A stretch of 64,000 bases of DNA from Nitrospirota bacterium (GCA_963790025.1 CAWBMP010000004.1:1664001-1728000), one strand, 5' to 3'; numbered from the stretch's first letter, positions 20,139-31,496 are shown. Notes: generated from the sequence alone by a model not told the origin. Program-made: numbers and translations.

Positions 20139-20672
20139 ATGAGGACGATATTAAAGCATATAAAGCTCTCAGTTTTGATTTTTTTCATTGCTGTTATGAG
20201 CAGCGGTTGTGGGTCCTATCAGGAAATACGGACCTTAGATACCTCTGAAAAAGAAGTTGCCGGGACCTATTCGCTGATACTCTACGGCGGCAGGCACGGG
20301 AATGATCTTGAGACCGTCGCGATCCTTAACAAAGAGGATGCCCCGTACAAAATTGTGCCTTATGCCCCGGAATTCGATTACCGGATTATAAAAGATGTGC
20401 CCGCAAAAGAGGCGCTCGCAAAGGCATACAAATTTGTAAGCTTTAATCCCTATTTTTTCCGCACGCAGGTGACCAGGATTGTAGACAGCAGCAACGGCGC
20501 GCTGCTTGGTTACGAGATCCGGCCTCTTTATCAGCCACTCGCCTACGGGTATTATGATGTCCTTTATATCAATTACTGGAAAAAGGACGGCAAGGTTTTT
20601 GTGAAGATGAAGCTGAATTATGAGCTTGAAAGAAAGCTCAGGGGCGGCGTGGGGACGGAGTGGGGCCGGTGA
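20139..20672 (+). CDS. Putative lipoprotein
   Basis: Signal MRTILKHIK...MSSGC. ATG 20139 directly follows TTGACT-17-TACATT. Confidence 0.65.
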   Translation: MRTILKHIKLSVLIFFIAVMSSGCGSYQEIRTLDTSEKEVAGTYSLILYGGRHGNDLETVAILNKEDAPYKIVPYAPEFDYRIIKDVPAKEALAKAYKFVSFNPYFFRTQVTRIVDSSNGALLGYEIRPLYQPLAYGYYDVLYINYWKKDGKVFVKMKLNYELERKLRGGVGTEWGR

Positions 20673-20720
20673 AAATAGGAAAAAAGTGAGAAGATAGAGG
20701 TTGGAGGTATAAGTCTATCC

Positions 20721-21488
20721 TTACTTCAGTATGCGCTTGCGCATGAGTCTGAAGGGATAAACAGCGAGCAGCGTAACAACGGCAAAAAGCCACACAATAT
20801 CTATTACAACTCCAGAGAATTTCCCCAGCGCAAAGGCCCGGCATATGTTGACAAGGTGATATAACGGAGTTAAGAATGCTATTTTGGCAACCATGGGCGG
20901 CATTGTGTCAATGGGAAAGAAAATACCCGAAAAGAGAAACATGGGTGTCATCAGGAGTGTATAAAAATAATTGAAGGAATCTATCCCAGGCACTTTTGCG
21001 ACAAAGATCAGCGATATTTCTGAAAAGATAAGGCCGCTGATAAATAGCATGGGAATGACGCCAAGCAACATGGGAGAGGCCACAAGACCGAAAAGCGATA
21101 TTACAACAATGATAATGGTTCCGTATACCAGGCTTTTTGTCGCTCCCCACATTAACTCGCCGGCAATGAGGTCATCGATGGTAAGGGGCGTGGCGAGTAT
21201 GGCATCAAAGGTCTTCTGAAACGTCATTCTCACATATGTGCTGTAGGTGCATTCGTAGACGGCTGCAAACATGGACGAGGAAGCTATGATCCCGGGTGCG
21301 ATGAAGTTAATGTACGGCATTCCGTTAATTTCTTTTACAAAGGCCCCCAGTCCGAGCCCTAATGCGGCAAGGTACAGGACAGGCTCCACAAAATTAAGGG
21401 CAAAGCTCGATTTATAAAGTTTGGTATAGACCGTAAAATGGCGCTGCCAAACCCTGAAAGACCGCTTGATTTTTAGCTTATTCGACAA
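20721..21488 (-). CDS. ABC-2 permease, NodJ-like
   Basis: EPVLYL..LG.GLG, Y..FIAPG, ..Q.TFDAIL.TP and PMFLFSG.FFP. Confidence 0.87.
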   Translation of the reverse strand: MSNKLKIKRSFRVWQRHFTVYTKLYKSSFALNFVEPVLYLAALGLGLGAFVKEINGMPYINFIAPGIIASSSMFAAVYECTYSTYVRMTFQKTFDAILATPLTIDDLIAGELMWGATKSLVYGTIIIVVISLFGLVASPMLLGVIPMLFISGLIFSEISLIFVAKVPGIDSFNYFYTLLMTPMFLFSGIFFPIDTMPPMVAKIAFLTPLYHLVNICRAFALGKFSGVVIDIVWLFAVVTLLAVYPFRLMRKRILK

Positions 21489-22212
21489 GACGTCTCCCGG
21501 TGAGTTTCAGATAGACGTCTTCGAGGTTTCCGCCGTGCAAACCAGTTAAACCTGACGGCGAATCAATAGTCACGATTTTTCCCAGGTCCATGATTGCGAC
21601 CCTGTCACATAGTTTTTCAGCCTCTTCCATATAGTGCGTGGTGAGAAGCAGGGTGGTCCCTTTTACCTTGAGGTCCTCGAGCTTGTCCCACACAGCACGC
21701 CTGCTGTGAGGATCAAGCCCCGTGGTCGGCTCATCGAGGACCAGCAGATAGGGATTGTTGACCAGAGAGCGGGCCAAAAGCAGGCGGTGCTTCATGCCCC
21801 CTGAAAGGTCCTCTATTTTAGCGGTTGCCTTTTCACTCAATGCTACAAAGTCCAGCAGTTCCCAGGCCAAGGGAAGAGACGTCTTTTTCGGTATATCGAA
21901 ATAACGCGCATAGACGATCAAATTCTCGATCACATTAAGGTCAGGATCAAGGTTGACATCCTGCGGCATAACGCCGATGCGCGCTTTAATATCGCTTGGC
22001 TTTTCAGTTACAGGCATTCCGAATACCTTTACATCACCGGAGGTCGGTGGCATAAAACAATAAATGATACGCATAACAGTTGTTTTGCCTGCGCCATTCG
22101 GCCCGAGGAAACCGAAGCATTCCCCTCTTTCAATCTCGAAATCGATGGAATCGACAGCCTTCAGTCCGTCGTAATATTTTGTCAGGCCCTTTGCGGTAAC
22201 AATAGGATTCAC
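21478..22212 (-). CDS. ABC ATP-binding protein, NodI-like (start uncertain: 22212 GTG or upstream)
   Basis: GPNGAGKTT, LSGGMK and LDEPTTGLDP; overlaps the permease start. Confidence 0.9.
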   Translation of the reverse strand: MNPIVTAKGLTKYYDGLKAVDSIDFEIERGECFGFLGPNGAGKTTVMRIIYCFMPPTSGDVKVFGMPVTEKPSDIKARIGVMPQDVNLDPDLNVIENLIVYARYFDIPKKTSLPLAWELLDFVALSEKATAKIEDLSGGMKHRLLLARSLVNNPYLLVLDEPTTGLDPHSRRAVWDKLEDLKVKGTTLLLTTHYMEEAEKLCDRVAIMDLGKIVTIDSPSGLTGLHGGNLEDVYLKLTGRRLVE

Positions 22213-22445
22213 AATTAGGATATTATAACCCATATCGGATGGGGCAGCCCAAATCCTGATGACCTCTGCTCTCTTTCTGCCCAGACATACCAATACAGGG
22301 TACTCCCCTTGCGATCTATTCCATATGAAAACTGACAGAGAAACAGCGTGTTACCGGTACTCTTCCTGGAGGGTTTTTCTAAAACTATCAATGTGTTATA
22401 ATACTAATCACTTTACAACTAAGTTATAGAAAAGAGAGGAAATGA

Positions 22446-24857
22446 ATGTTGCAGTCTAAGGTGTCGATCAGTATAGAAGAAGAGATGAAAGTGAGTTACC
22501 TCGATTACGCCATGAGCGTAATAATCGGGCGGGCCCTGCCTGAAGTAAGAGACGGGCTCAAGCCGGTCCAGAGAAGAATCCTCTATGCCATGTTCAGAGA
22601 AGGGCTTCTGCCCAATAAGAAATACTCGAAGAGTGCCGGTGTTGTGGGCGAGGTTTTGAAAAAATACCACCCTCATGGCGACTCTGCTGTTTACGATGCA
22701 ATGGTGCGGTTGGCACAGGATTTTAATATGCGGTATATGCTTGTTGACGGACAGGGCAATTTCGGCTCCATTGACGGCGACCCCGCTGCAGCATACAGGT
22801 ATACCGAAGCGCGTCTGGCAAAGATAGCTGAAGAGCTGCTTGCTGATATAGATAAGGAAACTGTTGATTTCAGTCCTAATTTCGATGAAACCACCGAAGA
22901 GCCTGTAGTGCTGCCGACAAGGGTCCCCAATCTCCTAGTCAACGGCTCGGCAGGTATTGCTGTTGGCATGGCCACCAATATCCCTCCGCATAATCTCGGC
23001 GAGATCGTGGAGGGCCTTGTCATGTTGCTTGATAATTCCCAGGTCACGATCAACGAGCTGATGGCTGCGATTAAAGGTCCTGACTTTCCAACTGGCGCGA
23101 TCATACATGGGACGGAAGGTATTGTGAGCGCCTATAACACAGGCAGGGGATTGATCAAGGTCCGCGCTAAGGTGTTAATTGAACGCGAGGCACGCGGAAA
23201 TGAAAGCATCATTGTCAGTGAACTGCCTTACCAGGTCAATAAGGCGCGTCTTATCGAAAAAATCGCTGAACTCGTCCGCGAGAAGCGTATCGAGGGCATC
23301 TCGGATATAAGGGATGAATCCGACAGGGACGGCATACGTGTGGTGATGGAAATAAAACGCGGAGAGATGGCGCAGGTGATCCTCAATAATCTCTATAAGC
23401 ACACGGCGATGGAATCCACGTTTGGTGTTATTATGCTTGCCCTTGTGGAAGGACAGCCCCATGTCCTGACACTTAAGGAAATGCTCGAAAAATTTCTTCA
23501 GCACCGCAGGAATGTGATCCTGCGCAGGACGCGCTTCGAATTACGCAAGGCTGAAGAAAAAGCCCATATCCTCGAAGGACTCAAAATAGCACTTGACCAC
23601 CTTGATGAAATCATCAGCCTTATAAGGAGGTCAAAGACACCGGAGGAAGCAAAAACCGGGTTGATGACCAATTATCCACTGTCCCAGATCCAGGCGCAGG
23701 CGATACTGGACATGCGCCTGCAGCGTCTGACCGGCCTTGAGCGTGATAAAATCATAAAGGATTACGAAGACACTTTAAAAGAGATAGAGAGATTGAAGGC
23801 AATACTCGGCAGTGACGCCCTTGTGTCGAAAATCATCAAGGACGAGCTTGTCGAGGTCAAAACCAAATTCGCCGATGAGAGAAGGACAGATATTGTTCCC
23901 GGGACGGCGGACCTGACTATTGAGGACCTTATCACAGAGGAGGAAATGGTGATAACCGTTTCCCATAACGGGTACATTAAGCGGAACCCGCTGTCCATAT
24001 ATAGAAGCCAGCGCCGCGGAGGCAAAGGCCTTACGGGCATGGAGACCAGGGAAGAGGATTTCGTTGAGCAGCTCTTTATCGGCTCTACTCATGATTACAT
24101 GCTCTTTTTCAGCAATAAGGGCAGGCTCTATTGGCTGAAGATATACCAGATACCCGAGGCCGGGCGCGCAGCCAAGGGCAAGGCCCTCGTAAATGTTCTC
24201 TCTCTTTCAGAGGGAGAACGGATTACGACCGCTCTGAATGTCAAAAATTTCAGCGAGGGCTACCTTATGATGTTTACCAAGGCGGGCGTTGTGAAAAAGA
24301 CTAAGCTCAATGAATACAGTAACCCGAGGGCAAAAGGAATAATAGCGGTGACACTTGACGAAGGAGATGAACTGATTGCAGTTAAAGAGACATCCGGAAA
24401 TAACGACATTATCATCGGCACAAAGCGCGGGCTTGCCGCGCGCTTCAAGGAGGACGATGTCAGGGCGGCAGGACGGACCGCCAGAGGTGTCATCGGCATT
24501 CGTCTCGGCAAGGAAGACGAAGTTGTTTCCGCCAATGTGGTCGAAGAAAGAATGAGTCTACTGACGGTCACGGAAAAGGGCCTGGGCAAGAGGACCGAAA
24601 TCGGAGAATATCCTGTTCACGGCCGCGGAGGAAAAGGGGTGATTTCAATTAAGGTGGTGGAGAGAGGCGGAAATGCTGTCGGTCTCCTTCAGGTAAAAGA
24701 TGAAGATGAGGTTGTCCTTATCACCAATGGCGGAAAATTAATAAGGACCGTTACACGGAACATTTCGCTGCTCGGAAGAAATACCCAGGGAGTCAAACTT
24801 ATGGACCTCGATGCAGAAGACAAAATCGTAAGCATAGGCAGGGTAGCCGAAGAATGA
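22446..24857 (+). CDS. gyrA: DNA gyrase subunit A
   Basis: [30 protein letters not shown], GyrA-box QRRGGKG and beta-pinwheel repeats. Confidence 0.97.
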   Translation: MLQSKVSISIEEEMKVSYLDYAMSVIIGRALPEVRDGLKPVQRRILYAMFREGLLPNKKYSKSAGVVGEVLKKYHPHGDSAVYDAMVRLAQDFNMRYMLVDGQGNFGSIDGDPAAAYRYTEARLAKIAEELLADIDKETVDFSPNFDETTEEPVVLPTRVPNLLVNGSAGIAVGMATNIPPHNLGEIVEGLVMLLDNSQVTINELMAAIKGPDFPTGAIIHGTEGIVSAYNTGRGLIKVRAKVLIEREARGNESIIVSELPYQVNKARLIEKIAELVREKRIEGISDIRDESDRDGIRVVMEIKRGEMAQVILNNLYKHTAMESTFGVIMLALVEGQPHVLTLKEMLEKFLQHRRNVILRRTRFELRKAEEKAHILEGLKIALDHLDEIISLIRRSKTPEEAKTGLMTNYPLSQIQAQAILDMRLQRLTGLERDKIIKDYEDTLKEIERLKAILGSDALVSKIIKDELVEVKTKFADERRTDIVPGTADLTIEDLITEEEMVITVSHNGYIKRNPLSIYRSQRRGGKGLTGMETREEDFVEQLFIGSTHDYMLFFSNKGRLYWLKIYQIPEAGRAAKGKALVNVLSLSEGERITTALNVKNFSEGYLMMFTKAGVVKKTKLNEYSNPRAKGIIAVTLDEGDELIAVKETSGNNDIIIGTKRGLAARFKEDDVRAAGRTARGVIGIRLGKEDEVVSANVVEERMSLLTVTEKGLGKRTEIGEYPVHGRGGKGVISIKVVERGGNAVGLLQVKDEDEVVLITNGGKLIRTVTRNISLLGRNTQGVKLMDLDAEDKIVSIGRVAEE

Positions 24858-24955
24858 AAGATGCAGCTGCAAAGCCCCCAATGGTTGAGTCCATCAATTC
24901 AGCTTAATAATCAAGCCTAATGTTGCTATTAATAATAGGGCTATAAAAATAATTA

Positions 24956-24984
24956 TTGACAAAATGCAGCCGAGTTTCTATACT
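24956..24984 (+). promoter_or_regulatory. Sigma70 promoter of acs-1
   Basis: TTGACA-17-TATACT. Confidence 0.7.
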
Positions 24985-25113
24985 TAGTCCCTATGCGTTT
25001 CAGTTTGTAGCATTTATTTCCGTGCAACTTATAACAAAAGGTGGAACAAGTAAGTAAATGTGCAAGGCTATACTTTATAGCCATAAAACTAAATGAAAAG
25101 GCGGGGATGATCA

Positions 25114-27177
25114 ATGGCTGAAGAAAAAGAAAAAGGCGTAGAAACGTCAGAAGCTGAAATAGCGGTCCATTGGGGAGAAGAGGAATTTTACAAACCATCG
25201 ACAAAGTTCATTGCGCAGGCAAACATGACCGATGAAACGGTCTATGATCGTTTTTCATTGAAGAACTTCCCAAACTGCTTTAAAGAGTATGCAGACATGT
25301 TGACTTGGTACAAGTACTGGGATGAAACTCTCGATACCAGCGATGCCCCTTGCTACAAGTGGTTCAGGGGCGGGTTGATCAATGCAAGCTACAACTGTAT
25401 TGACAGACATCTCGCAAAGAATAAGAACAAAACAGCTATCCACTTCGTACCGGAGCTTGAGACTGATAAGATCGAGCATGTTACCTATCAGGAGTTGTAT
25501 GTGAGGGTGAATGAGTTTGCAGCTATTCTCAAAAACAAGCTTGGCCTGAAGGCAGGGGACAGGGTAACGCTCCATTTGCCGATGGTTGCAGAGCTTCCTA
25601 TAACAATGCTTGCTTGTGCAAGACTTGGCATTATTCACTCGCAGGTTTTCGGCGGGTTCAGCGGAAGGGCATGCGCTGACAGGATCGTCGACTCAGGAAG
25701 CGATTATCTGATAACGATGGACGGGTATTTCAGGGCCGGACAGATGCAGGACCATAAGGAAAAGGCGGACATTGCTGTTGCAGAGGCAGCAAAGGATGGC
25801 CGCGCAGTAAAAAAGGTCCTGGTATGGCAGCGCTATCCCGGCAAATATTCTGCCAAGACTCCGATGGTAGAGGGCCGCGATTTCTTTGTCAATGACCTGC
25901 TGAAGAAATATTACGGGGCCAGGATTGATCCTGTTCCTATGCCTGCTGAAGCACCGCTCTTCCTCATGTATACCAGCGGCACAACCGGAAAGCCCAAGGG
26001 AGCCCAGCACAGCACCGGCGGTTACCTTGCTTATGTGACAGGGACATCTAAATACATTCAGGACATCCATCCTGAGGACGTATACTGGTGTATGGCTGAC
26101 ATCGGCTGGATCACAGGTCATTCTTATATTGTCTATGGTCCTTTGGCATTATGCGCATCCAGTGTTATTTTTGAAGGCGTTCCTACATATCCCGATGCAG
26201 GCAGGGCATGGAGGATCGCGCAGGAACTTGATGTAAACATATTCCATACCGCACCGACCGCCATCAGGGCACTGAGAAAGGTTGGTCCTGACGAGCCGAA
26301 GAAATACAATTATCACTTCAAGCATATGACCACAGTCGGTGAGCCGATCGAGCCTGAAGTTTGGAGATGGTATTACAACGAAGTCGGCAAAAAAGAGGCA
26401 GCAATTGTTGATACATGGTGGCAGACTGAAAACGGTGGTTTCCTATGCAGCACAATCCCTGCAATTAAAGCCATGAAGCCCGGCAGTGCGGGTCCAGGCG
26501 TCCCTGGTATCCATCCGATCGTTTATGACAATGACGGGAACGTAATCCTTCCGGGAGCAGGCAAGGCAGGCAACATCTGCATACAGAACCCGTGGCCCGG
26601 CATGTTCCAGACTATCTGGGGAGACCGCGACCGTTTTGTAAAGACCTACTTTGAAAGATACTGCAAAGACCCGAAGAGCAAAAAATGGCAGGACTGGCCG
26701 TATCTTACCGGTGATGCCGCTGTTGTGGCTGCTGACGGATATGTCCGTATCTTGGGCAGAATCGACGATGTTATCAATGTTTCCGGTCATAGATTGGGGA
26801 CCAAAGAGATTGAATCCGCAGCGCTTACCCACCCCGATGTGGCAGAAGCGGCTGTTGTTCCAGTCAAGCATGAGGTTAAAGGCAAAGAACCTGATCTGTA
26901 TATTGCCCTGAAACCCGGCAAAAAGGCGAGTCCCGAACTCGCAAAAGCAATATCAGCGTGTATAGTCAAGGAAATCGGCGCAATCGCAAGGCCGAGAAAG
27001 GTCTGGATTGTCCCTGACATGCCGAAGACCCGTTCAGGAAAGATCATGCGTCGCGTACTTGGCGCTATTTCCAACGGCACGGATGTAGGTGATGTTATGA
27101 CGCTTGCTAACCCTGAAATTGTCGAAGCCATCACAAAAATGGTCCAGGAAGAGGAAGGCAAGCCGATAATACCTTAG
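25114..27177 (+). CDS. acs: AMP-forming acetyl-CoA synthetase (copy 1, divergent type)
   Basis: YTSGTTGKPKG, WCMADIGWITGHSY, DTWWQTE and [11 protein letters not shown]. Confidence 0.94.
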   Translation: MAEEKEKGVETSEAEIAVHWGEEEFYKPSTKFIAQANMTDETVYDRFSLKNFPNCFKEYADMLTWYKYWDETLDTSDAPCYKWFRGGLINASYNCIDRHLAKNKNKTAIHFVPELETDKIEHVTYQELYVRVNEFAAILKNKLGLKAGDRVTLHLPMVAELPITMLACARLGIIHSQVFGGFSGRACADRIVDSGSDYLITMDGYFRAGQMQDHKEKADIAVAEAAKDGRAVKKVLVWQRYPGKYSAKTPMVEGRDFFVNDLLKKYYGARIDPVPMPAEAPLFLMYTSGTTGKPKGAQHSTGGYLAYVTGTSKYIQDIHPEDVYWCMADIGWITGHSYIVYGPLALCASSVIFEGVPTYPDAGRAWRIAQELDVNIFHTAPTAIRALRKVGPDEPKKYNYHFKHMTTVGEPIEPEVWRWYYNEVGKKEAAIVDTWWQTENGGFLCSTIPAIKAMKPGSAGPGVPGIHPIVYDNDGNVILPGAGKAGNICIQNPWPGMFQTIWGDRDRFVKTYFERYCKDPKSKKWQDWPYLTGDAAVVAADGYVRILGRIDDVINVSGHRLGTKEIESAALTHPDVAEAAVVPVKHEVKGKEPDLYIALKPGKKASPELAKAISACIVKEIGAIARPRKVWIVPDMPKTRSGKIMRRVLGAISNGTDVGDVMTLANPEIVEAITKMVQEEEGKPIIP

Positions 27178-27231
27178 CCCCAGGGAAACGAGGCAGGGTA
27201 GAATAATCTTGACATAAGTTTTAAAGCAGCG

Positions 27232-27273
27232 GGGAGGGGGCAGGAAAATATTTTTCCTACCCCCTCCCTTTTT
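27232..27273 (+). terminator. Intrinsic terminator after acs-1
   Basis: GGGAGGGGGCAGGAAAA/TTTTCCTACCCCCTCCC stem followed by TTTTT. Confidence 0.75.
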
Positions 27274-27343
27274 ATTATAATAAGAGTTTATAATAAGAAC
27301 TGCACGACTTTTTGGATGTCAATAACTGGATGTCAATAATTTG

Positions 27344-28300
27344 ATGAGAAAGACAGGATTTCTATACGATGAACGGTTTTTGCTCCATGATACCGGACCC
27401 GAACATCCGGAGTGTGCCGACAGACTTCGCGCAATTTACAGGGGAATCGAAGAGGCAGGCCTCCTCCCCCAATTAAGGACCATAAAGGCCAGCCGGGCTG
27501 ATCAGGGATGGATTGAAATTGTCCACAGCATCAAACTTGTCATGCGCTTTGAAGAAGCTTGTCTTTGGGGTATGAACGAGTTAGACCATCCTGATAATAA
27601 GTTATGCAGAGAGACCTTTGAAACCGCGATGCTGGCAGTGGGCGGTATTCTCGACACGGTGGACCTCGTGATGACGGGAGAGATAGACAATGCCTTTTGT
27701 GCGGTCCGACCGCCGGGTCACCATGCAGAAGTAAGCAGGGTCATGGGCTTTTGTTATTTCAATAATGTAGCTATCGCAGCCAGGTATCTGCGACGCAAAT
27801 GGAAAGTGCAGCGTGTAGGCATTGTGGATTTTGACGTCCATCACGGCAACGGTACCCAGAATATTTTTGAAGATGACCCCAGTGTATTTTATTATTCCAT
27901 ACATGAGCATCCTTCCTTTGCCTATCCGGGTACAGGCAGGGAATTTGAGAAGGGGTCGGGTGAGGGTTACGGCTTCACCCTGAACTCGCCTGTATTGCCG
28001 GGCCAGGGGGACAAGGAGTATAAAGAATTGCTTCAAAGAGACTTGTTCCCAGCGTTCGAGGAGTTTAAACCTGAAGTGATTCTTGTGTCCGCAGGCTTCG
28101 ATGCCCACATTGACGATGACATGTCCGATATAAAGCTTTCAACAGAGGGCTTTTCATGGATTATGGAACATATTGTCGGAATGGCCGACAAATATTCCAA
28201 TGGGCGGGTAATCTCTATTCTCGAAGGAGGATACGCGGTAAACCGTCTGTCTGAACTGGTAAAAAATCATATTGAAATTTTGCTCGGCGTCAAAACCTGA
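27344..28300 (+). CDS. Zn-dependent histone-deacetylase-family protein (AcuC/HdaH-like)
   Basis: HPE...R, RPPGHHA, GFC.FNN, DFDVHHGNGTQ, SAGFDAH..D and LEGGY. Confidence 0.93.
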   Translation: MRKTGFLYDERFLLHDTGPEHPECADRLRAIYRGIEEAGLLPQLRTIKASRADQGWIEIVHSIKLVMRFEEACLWGMNELDHPDNKLCRETFETAMLAVGGILDTVDLVMTGEIDNAFCAVRPPGHHAEVSRVMGFCYFNNVAIAARYLRRKWKVQRVGIVDFDVHHGNGTQNIFEDDPSVFYYSIHEHPSFAYPGTGREFEKGSGEGYGFTLNSPVLPGQGDKEYKELLQRDLFPAFEEFKPEVILVSAGFDAHIDDDMSDIKLSTEGFSWIMEHIVGMADKYSNGRVISILEGGYAVNRLSELVKNHIEILLGVKT

Positions 28301-28717
28301 AACAGATAACGGAGCAAAAGCTTCAAGGTCCTTTTCTGATAACGCAGATTTAGTCATATTTTTGTCAGCCTTTTTTAGTCCGTGTATTTGACCTCAATTA
28401 TATAGATTATGCAGAGGAACTAAAAGACAGTCTCTTTGCCCGCGATACAATAAGAAGTCATAAAGATAACTCATAAATCCATAAGTATTTCTTAGTTGTT
28501 ATTGAAAGCGGTTTATATATAGAATTCGGGAATCTCACTATAGAATCAAATAGCGTCAACTACAGCTCAGCATGGCGACGAAAGTCCAATCTAAACTTCC
28601 TATGCGGAGGCGGAGCTAATGACAATATATTCAACACATTTTTTCAGTATAACCCCCACAAACCTGATAAGGAGGCGTATTGGCAACGATATTCAAAATG
28701 CCAGTATGATATAAGCT

Positions 28718-29392
28718 ATGTTTATCGATAAATCGATGACGCGAAAAGTTATTGCGATTCGACCGGAGTCCAGCTTACTTGAAGCAAGGGAAATAATGGA
28801 CAGGAACCATATCAGGCATCTGCCCGTGGTTGATGAAGATAATACTGTTATAGGGGTTATTACCGACCGTGATATACGAAGCGCCCTGCCGTCTGCGTTT
28901 TCGACTTGCCAGAGTGATCCAAAGGAAACGGAACGAATCTCCAAACTTAAGGTCGGAGAGGTCATGACCAAAAATCCAATTACCATTTCCCCGTTGAACA
29001 CTCTGGAGGATGCTCTTCTGATGATGCATAAGACGAATAAGGGTGCGCTGCCTGTTGTTGACGAGGCGGGGAAATTGAAGGGGATTATCTCGACCCGCGA
29101 TCTGATTCGCGCCTTCATTAATGTGCTGGGGATTGAAGAGCCCGGAACTCTCCTATGTCTTGTTGTTGAAGAAAGACTTGGGCAAATGAAGAGAATTGTT
29201 GATGCTATTACCGAAGAGGGGATACCCTTCGGCAGCATTCTTGTTGCAAGGCACTGGGAAAAGGGAAAGAGGGCTGTTTTCCCATACCTGTTGACCAACA
29301 ACGTTGCCAAGGTGAAAAGAAAACTGGAGAATATGGGATTCACATTGCTCAACCCCATGGAATGGTCTCTTGACAGGTTGCCAAAGGAATGA
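28718..29392 (+). CDS. CBS-pair + ACT-like protein (AcuB-like)
   Basis: Two CBS domains (IRHLPVVD..GVITDRD; GALPVVD..GIISTRD) plus a C-terminal ACT-like segment. Confidence 0.85.
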   Translation: MFIDKSMTRKVIAIRPESSLLEAREIMDRNHIRHLPVVDEDNTVIGVITDRDIRSALPSAFSTCQSDPKETERISKLKVGEVMTKNPITISPLNTLEDALLMMHKTNKGALPVVDEAGKLKGIISTRDLIRAFINVLGIEEPGTLLCLVVEERLGQMKRIVDAITEEGIPFGSILVARHWEKGKRAVFPYLLTNNVAKVKRKLENMGFTLLNPMEWSLDRLPKE

Positions 29393-29424
29393 GAGACAAA
29401 AAGGAATTACGAGGAGGAACAGGA

Positions 29425-31398
29425 ATGTCTAATGAGAGCATTGAAGTGTTACTCGCTGAAAAAAGGGCGTTTCCGCCGTCACCTGAATTCAGCAATAATG
29501 CTCATTTGAAAAGCATAGAGGAATATGAGAGGATATATCAGAAATCGGTGGACGACCCTGAAGGGTTCTGGGGTGAAATGGCCCAAAAGCAGCTTATCTG
29601 GTTCAAAAAATGGGACAAGGTGCTTGACTGGAATTTCGAAAAGCCCGAAATAAAATGGTTTAGCGGCGGCAAATTAAATGCGTCGTACAATTGCCTTGAC
29701 CGGTTTGTAAATACCCCGGTGCGTAACAGGGCTGCGCTGATATGGGAATCGGACGACGGCGGAAACTATAAAACCTATACCTATCAGCAACTCTATTATG
29801 AAGTAAACAAGTTTGCTAATGTCCTCAAGAAACATGGAATGAATAAGGGAGACAGGGTTACGATTTACCTGCCCATGGTCCCCGAGCTCGTCATTTCGAT
29901 GCTTGCCTGTGCAAGGATTGGGGTAATTCATAATGTTGTACTTAGCGGGTTCAGCGCCCACTCGCTCCGGGACAGGATACAGGATAGCAAAGCCCGGCTC
30001 CTGATAACTTCAGACAGGGGTGTCAGGGGAGGCCGCCATTTACCCCTTAAGGCAAACTGTGATATTGCCCTCCTGGAATGCCCTACCATAGAAAAAGTTA
30101 TAGTGGTAAAACGCACAGACGACGTCGACATGGAGCCCGGAAGAGATTTATGGTGGCACAATGAGATGAACGCTGCCGATCTCGCGTATTATTGCGAGCC
30201 TGAAGAGATGGAAGCCGAGGACCCACTGTTCATCCTGTATACTTCCGGCTCAACGGGAAAACCTAAAGGCGTGCTCCACACAACAGGCGGCTATATGTTG
30301 TATACCAACCTGACGTTTAAATGGGTATTCGATTATCATGAGGGTGATGTGTTTTTTTGCTGCGGTGATATAGGATGGGTTACAGGACACAGCTACGCTG
30401 TGTACGGACCGTTGAGCAATGGCGCGACGGCCCTTATGTTCGAAGGTATTCCTACATACCCTAATCCCGGCAGGTTCTGGGACATCTGCGACAAGCACAG
30501 GGTAAACATCTTTTACACCGCGCCCACGGCAATAAAGACGCTTATGCGGCAGGGCGAAAGCTGGGTCACAAAGCACGACTTGTCTTCATTGAGAGTGCTG
30601 GGAAGCGTCGGGGAACCAATCAATCCTGAAGTGTGGATGTGGTATCACACTTATGTCGGGAAGGGCAAACTTCCGATTGTCGACACCTGGTGGCAGACCG
30701 AAACCGGCGGTATTCTTATAACCCCGTTACCGGGTGCGATGACCCTGAAGCCCGGTTCTGTCAACAAGCCGTTCCCCGGGGTCGTACCGGCTATACTGAA
30801 AGAGGACGGTTCTCCTGCAGGGCCTAATGAAGGGGGCTATCTTGTCATCCTGAAACCATGGCCCGGCATGTTGAGGGGCACTTATGGAGACCCGGAAAAC
30901 AAACGGATCAAAGAAATCTATTTCTCAAGGTTCCCCGGCAAGTATTTCACCGGTGATGGAGCACGCTGTGATAATGAAGGCGATTACTGGCTTATGGGAA
31001 GAATTGATGATGTCATTAATATTTCGGGGCACAGGCTCGGTACGGCTGAAGTAGAATCGGCCCTGCTTAGCCACGAAGCAGTTGCAGAAGCTGCTGTAGT
31101 CGGATTCCCCCACGAGATAAAAGGTGAGGGGATATATGTGTATGTTACGTTGAAAGAAGGATACCAGCCGTCCGAGGAGCTTAAGAAAATGCTTATCGGG
31201 CATGTGCGGTCGGCCATCGGTCCAATAGCAAGCCCTGACAAAGTGCAGTTTGCTACCGGCCTGCCCAAGACCAGGAGCGGCAAGATCATGAGGAGAATTC
31301 TAAGGAAGATTGCGGTAGGCGATGTGACAAACCTCGGCGATACTTCGACGCTTTCCGATCCTTCGGCGGTAGGTAATCTGATTAGAGGAAGGCTTTAG
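29425..31398 (+). CDS. acs: Acetyl-CoA synthetase (copy 2)
   Basis: [20 protein letters not shown] and [14 protein letters not shown] 29425 follows GAGGAGG and aligns with the start of copy 3. Confidence 0.93.
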   Translation: MSNESIEVLLAEKRAFPPSPEFSNNAHLKSIEEYERIYQKSVDDPEGFWGEMAQKQLIWFKKWDKVLDWNFEKPEIKWFSGGKLNASYNCLDRFVNTPVRNRAALIWESDDGGNYKTYTYQQLYYEVNKFANVLKKHGMNKGDRVTIYLPMVPELVISMLACARIGVIHNVVLSGFSAHSLRDRIQDSKARLLITSDRGVRGGRHLPLKANCDIALLECPTIEKVIVVKRTDDVDMEPGRDLWWHNEMNAADLAYYCEPEEMEAEDPLFILYTSGSTGKPKGVLHTTGGYMLYTNLTFKWVFDYHEGDVFFCCGDIGWVTGHSYAVYGPLSNGATALMFEGIPTYPNPGRFWDICDKHRVNIFYTAPTAIKTLMRQGESWVTKHDLSSLRVLGSVGEPINPEVWMWYHTYVGKGKLPIVDTWWQTETGGILITPLPGAMTLKPGSVNKPFPGVVPAILKEDGSPAGPNEGGYLVILKPWPGMLRGTYGDPENKRIKEIYFSRFPGKYFTGDGARCDNEGDYWLMGRIDDVINISGHRLGTAEVESALLSHEAVAEAAVVGFPHEIKGEGIYVYVTLKEGYQPSEELKKMLIGHVRSAIGPIASPDKVQFATGLPKTRSGKIMRRILRKIAVGDVTNLGDTSTLSDPSAVGNLIRGRL

Positions 31399-31496
31399 GG
31401 GCTGCCCAGCCCCTTTAACCCTCTTAACCCCAACAACTATCGTCAGCCATTCTGCTTATAACATCGCACTGCTCTGGCAATAACATCTCTTTTTAT

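Noticed and set aside
22660..22710. Quinolone-resistance substitution or intein in gyrA
   Set aside because: The QRDR reads HGDSAVYD (wild-type S83/D87 equivalents), and the 803-aa length leaves no room for an intein.
29389..29424. Longer acs-2 start overlapping the acuB stop
   Set aside because: ATG 29425 has a GAGGAGG SD and aligns with the acs-3 start.
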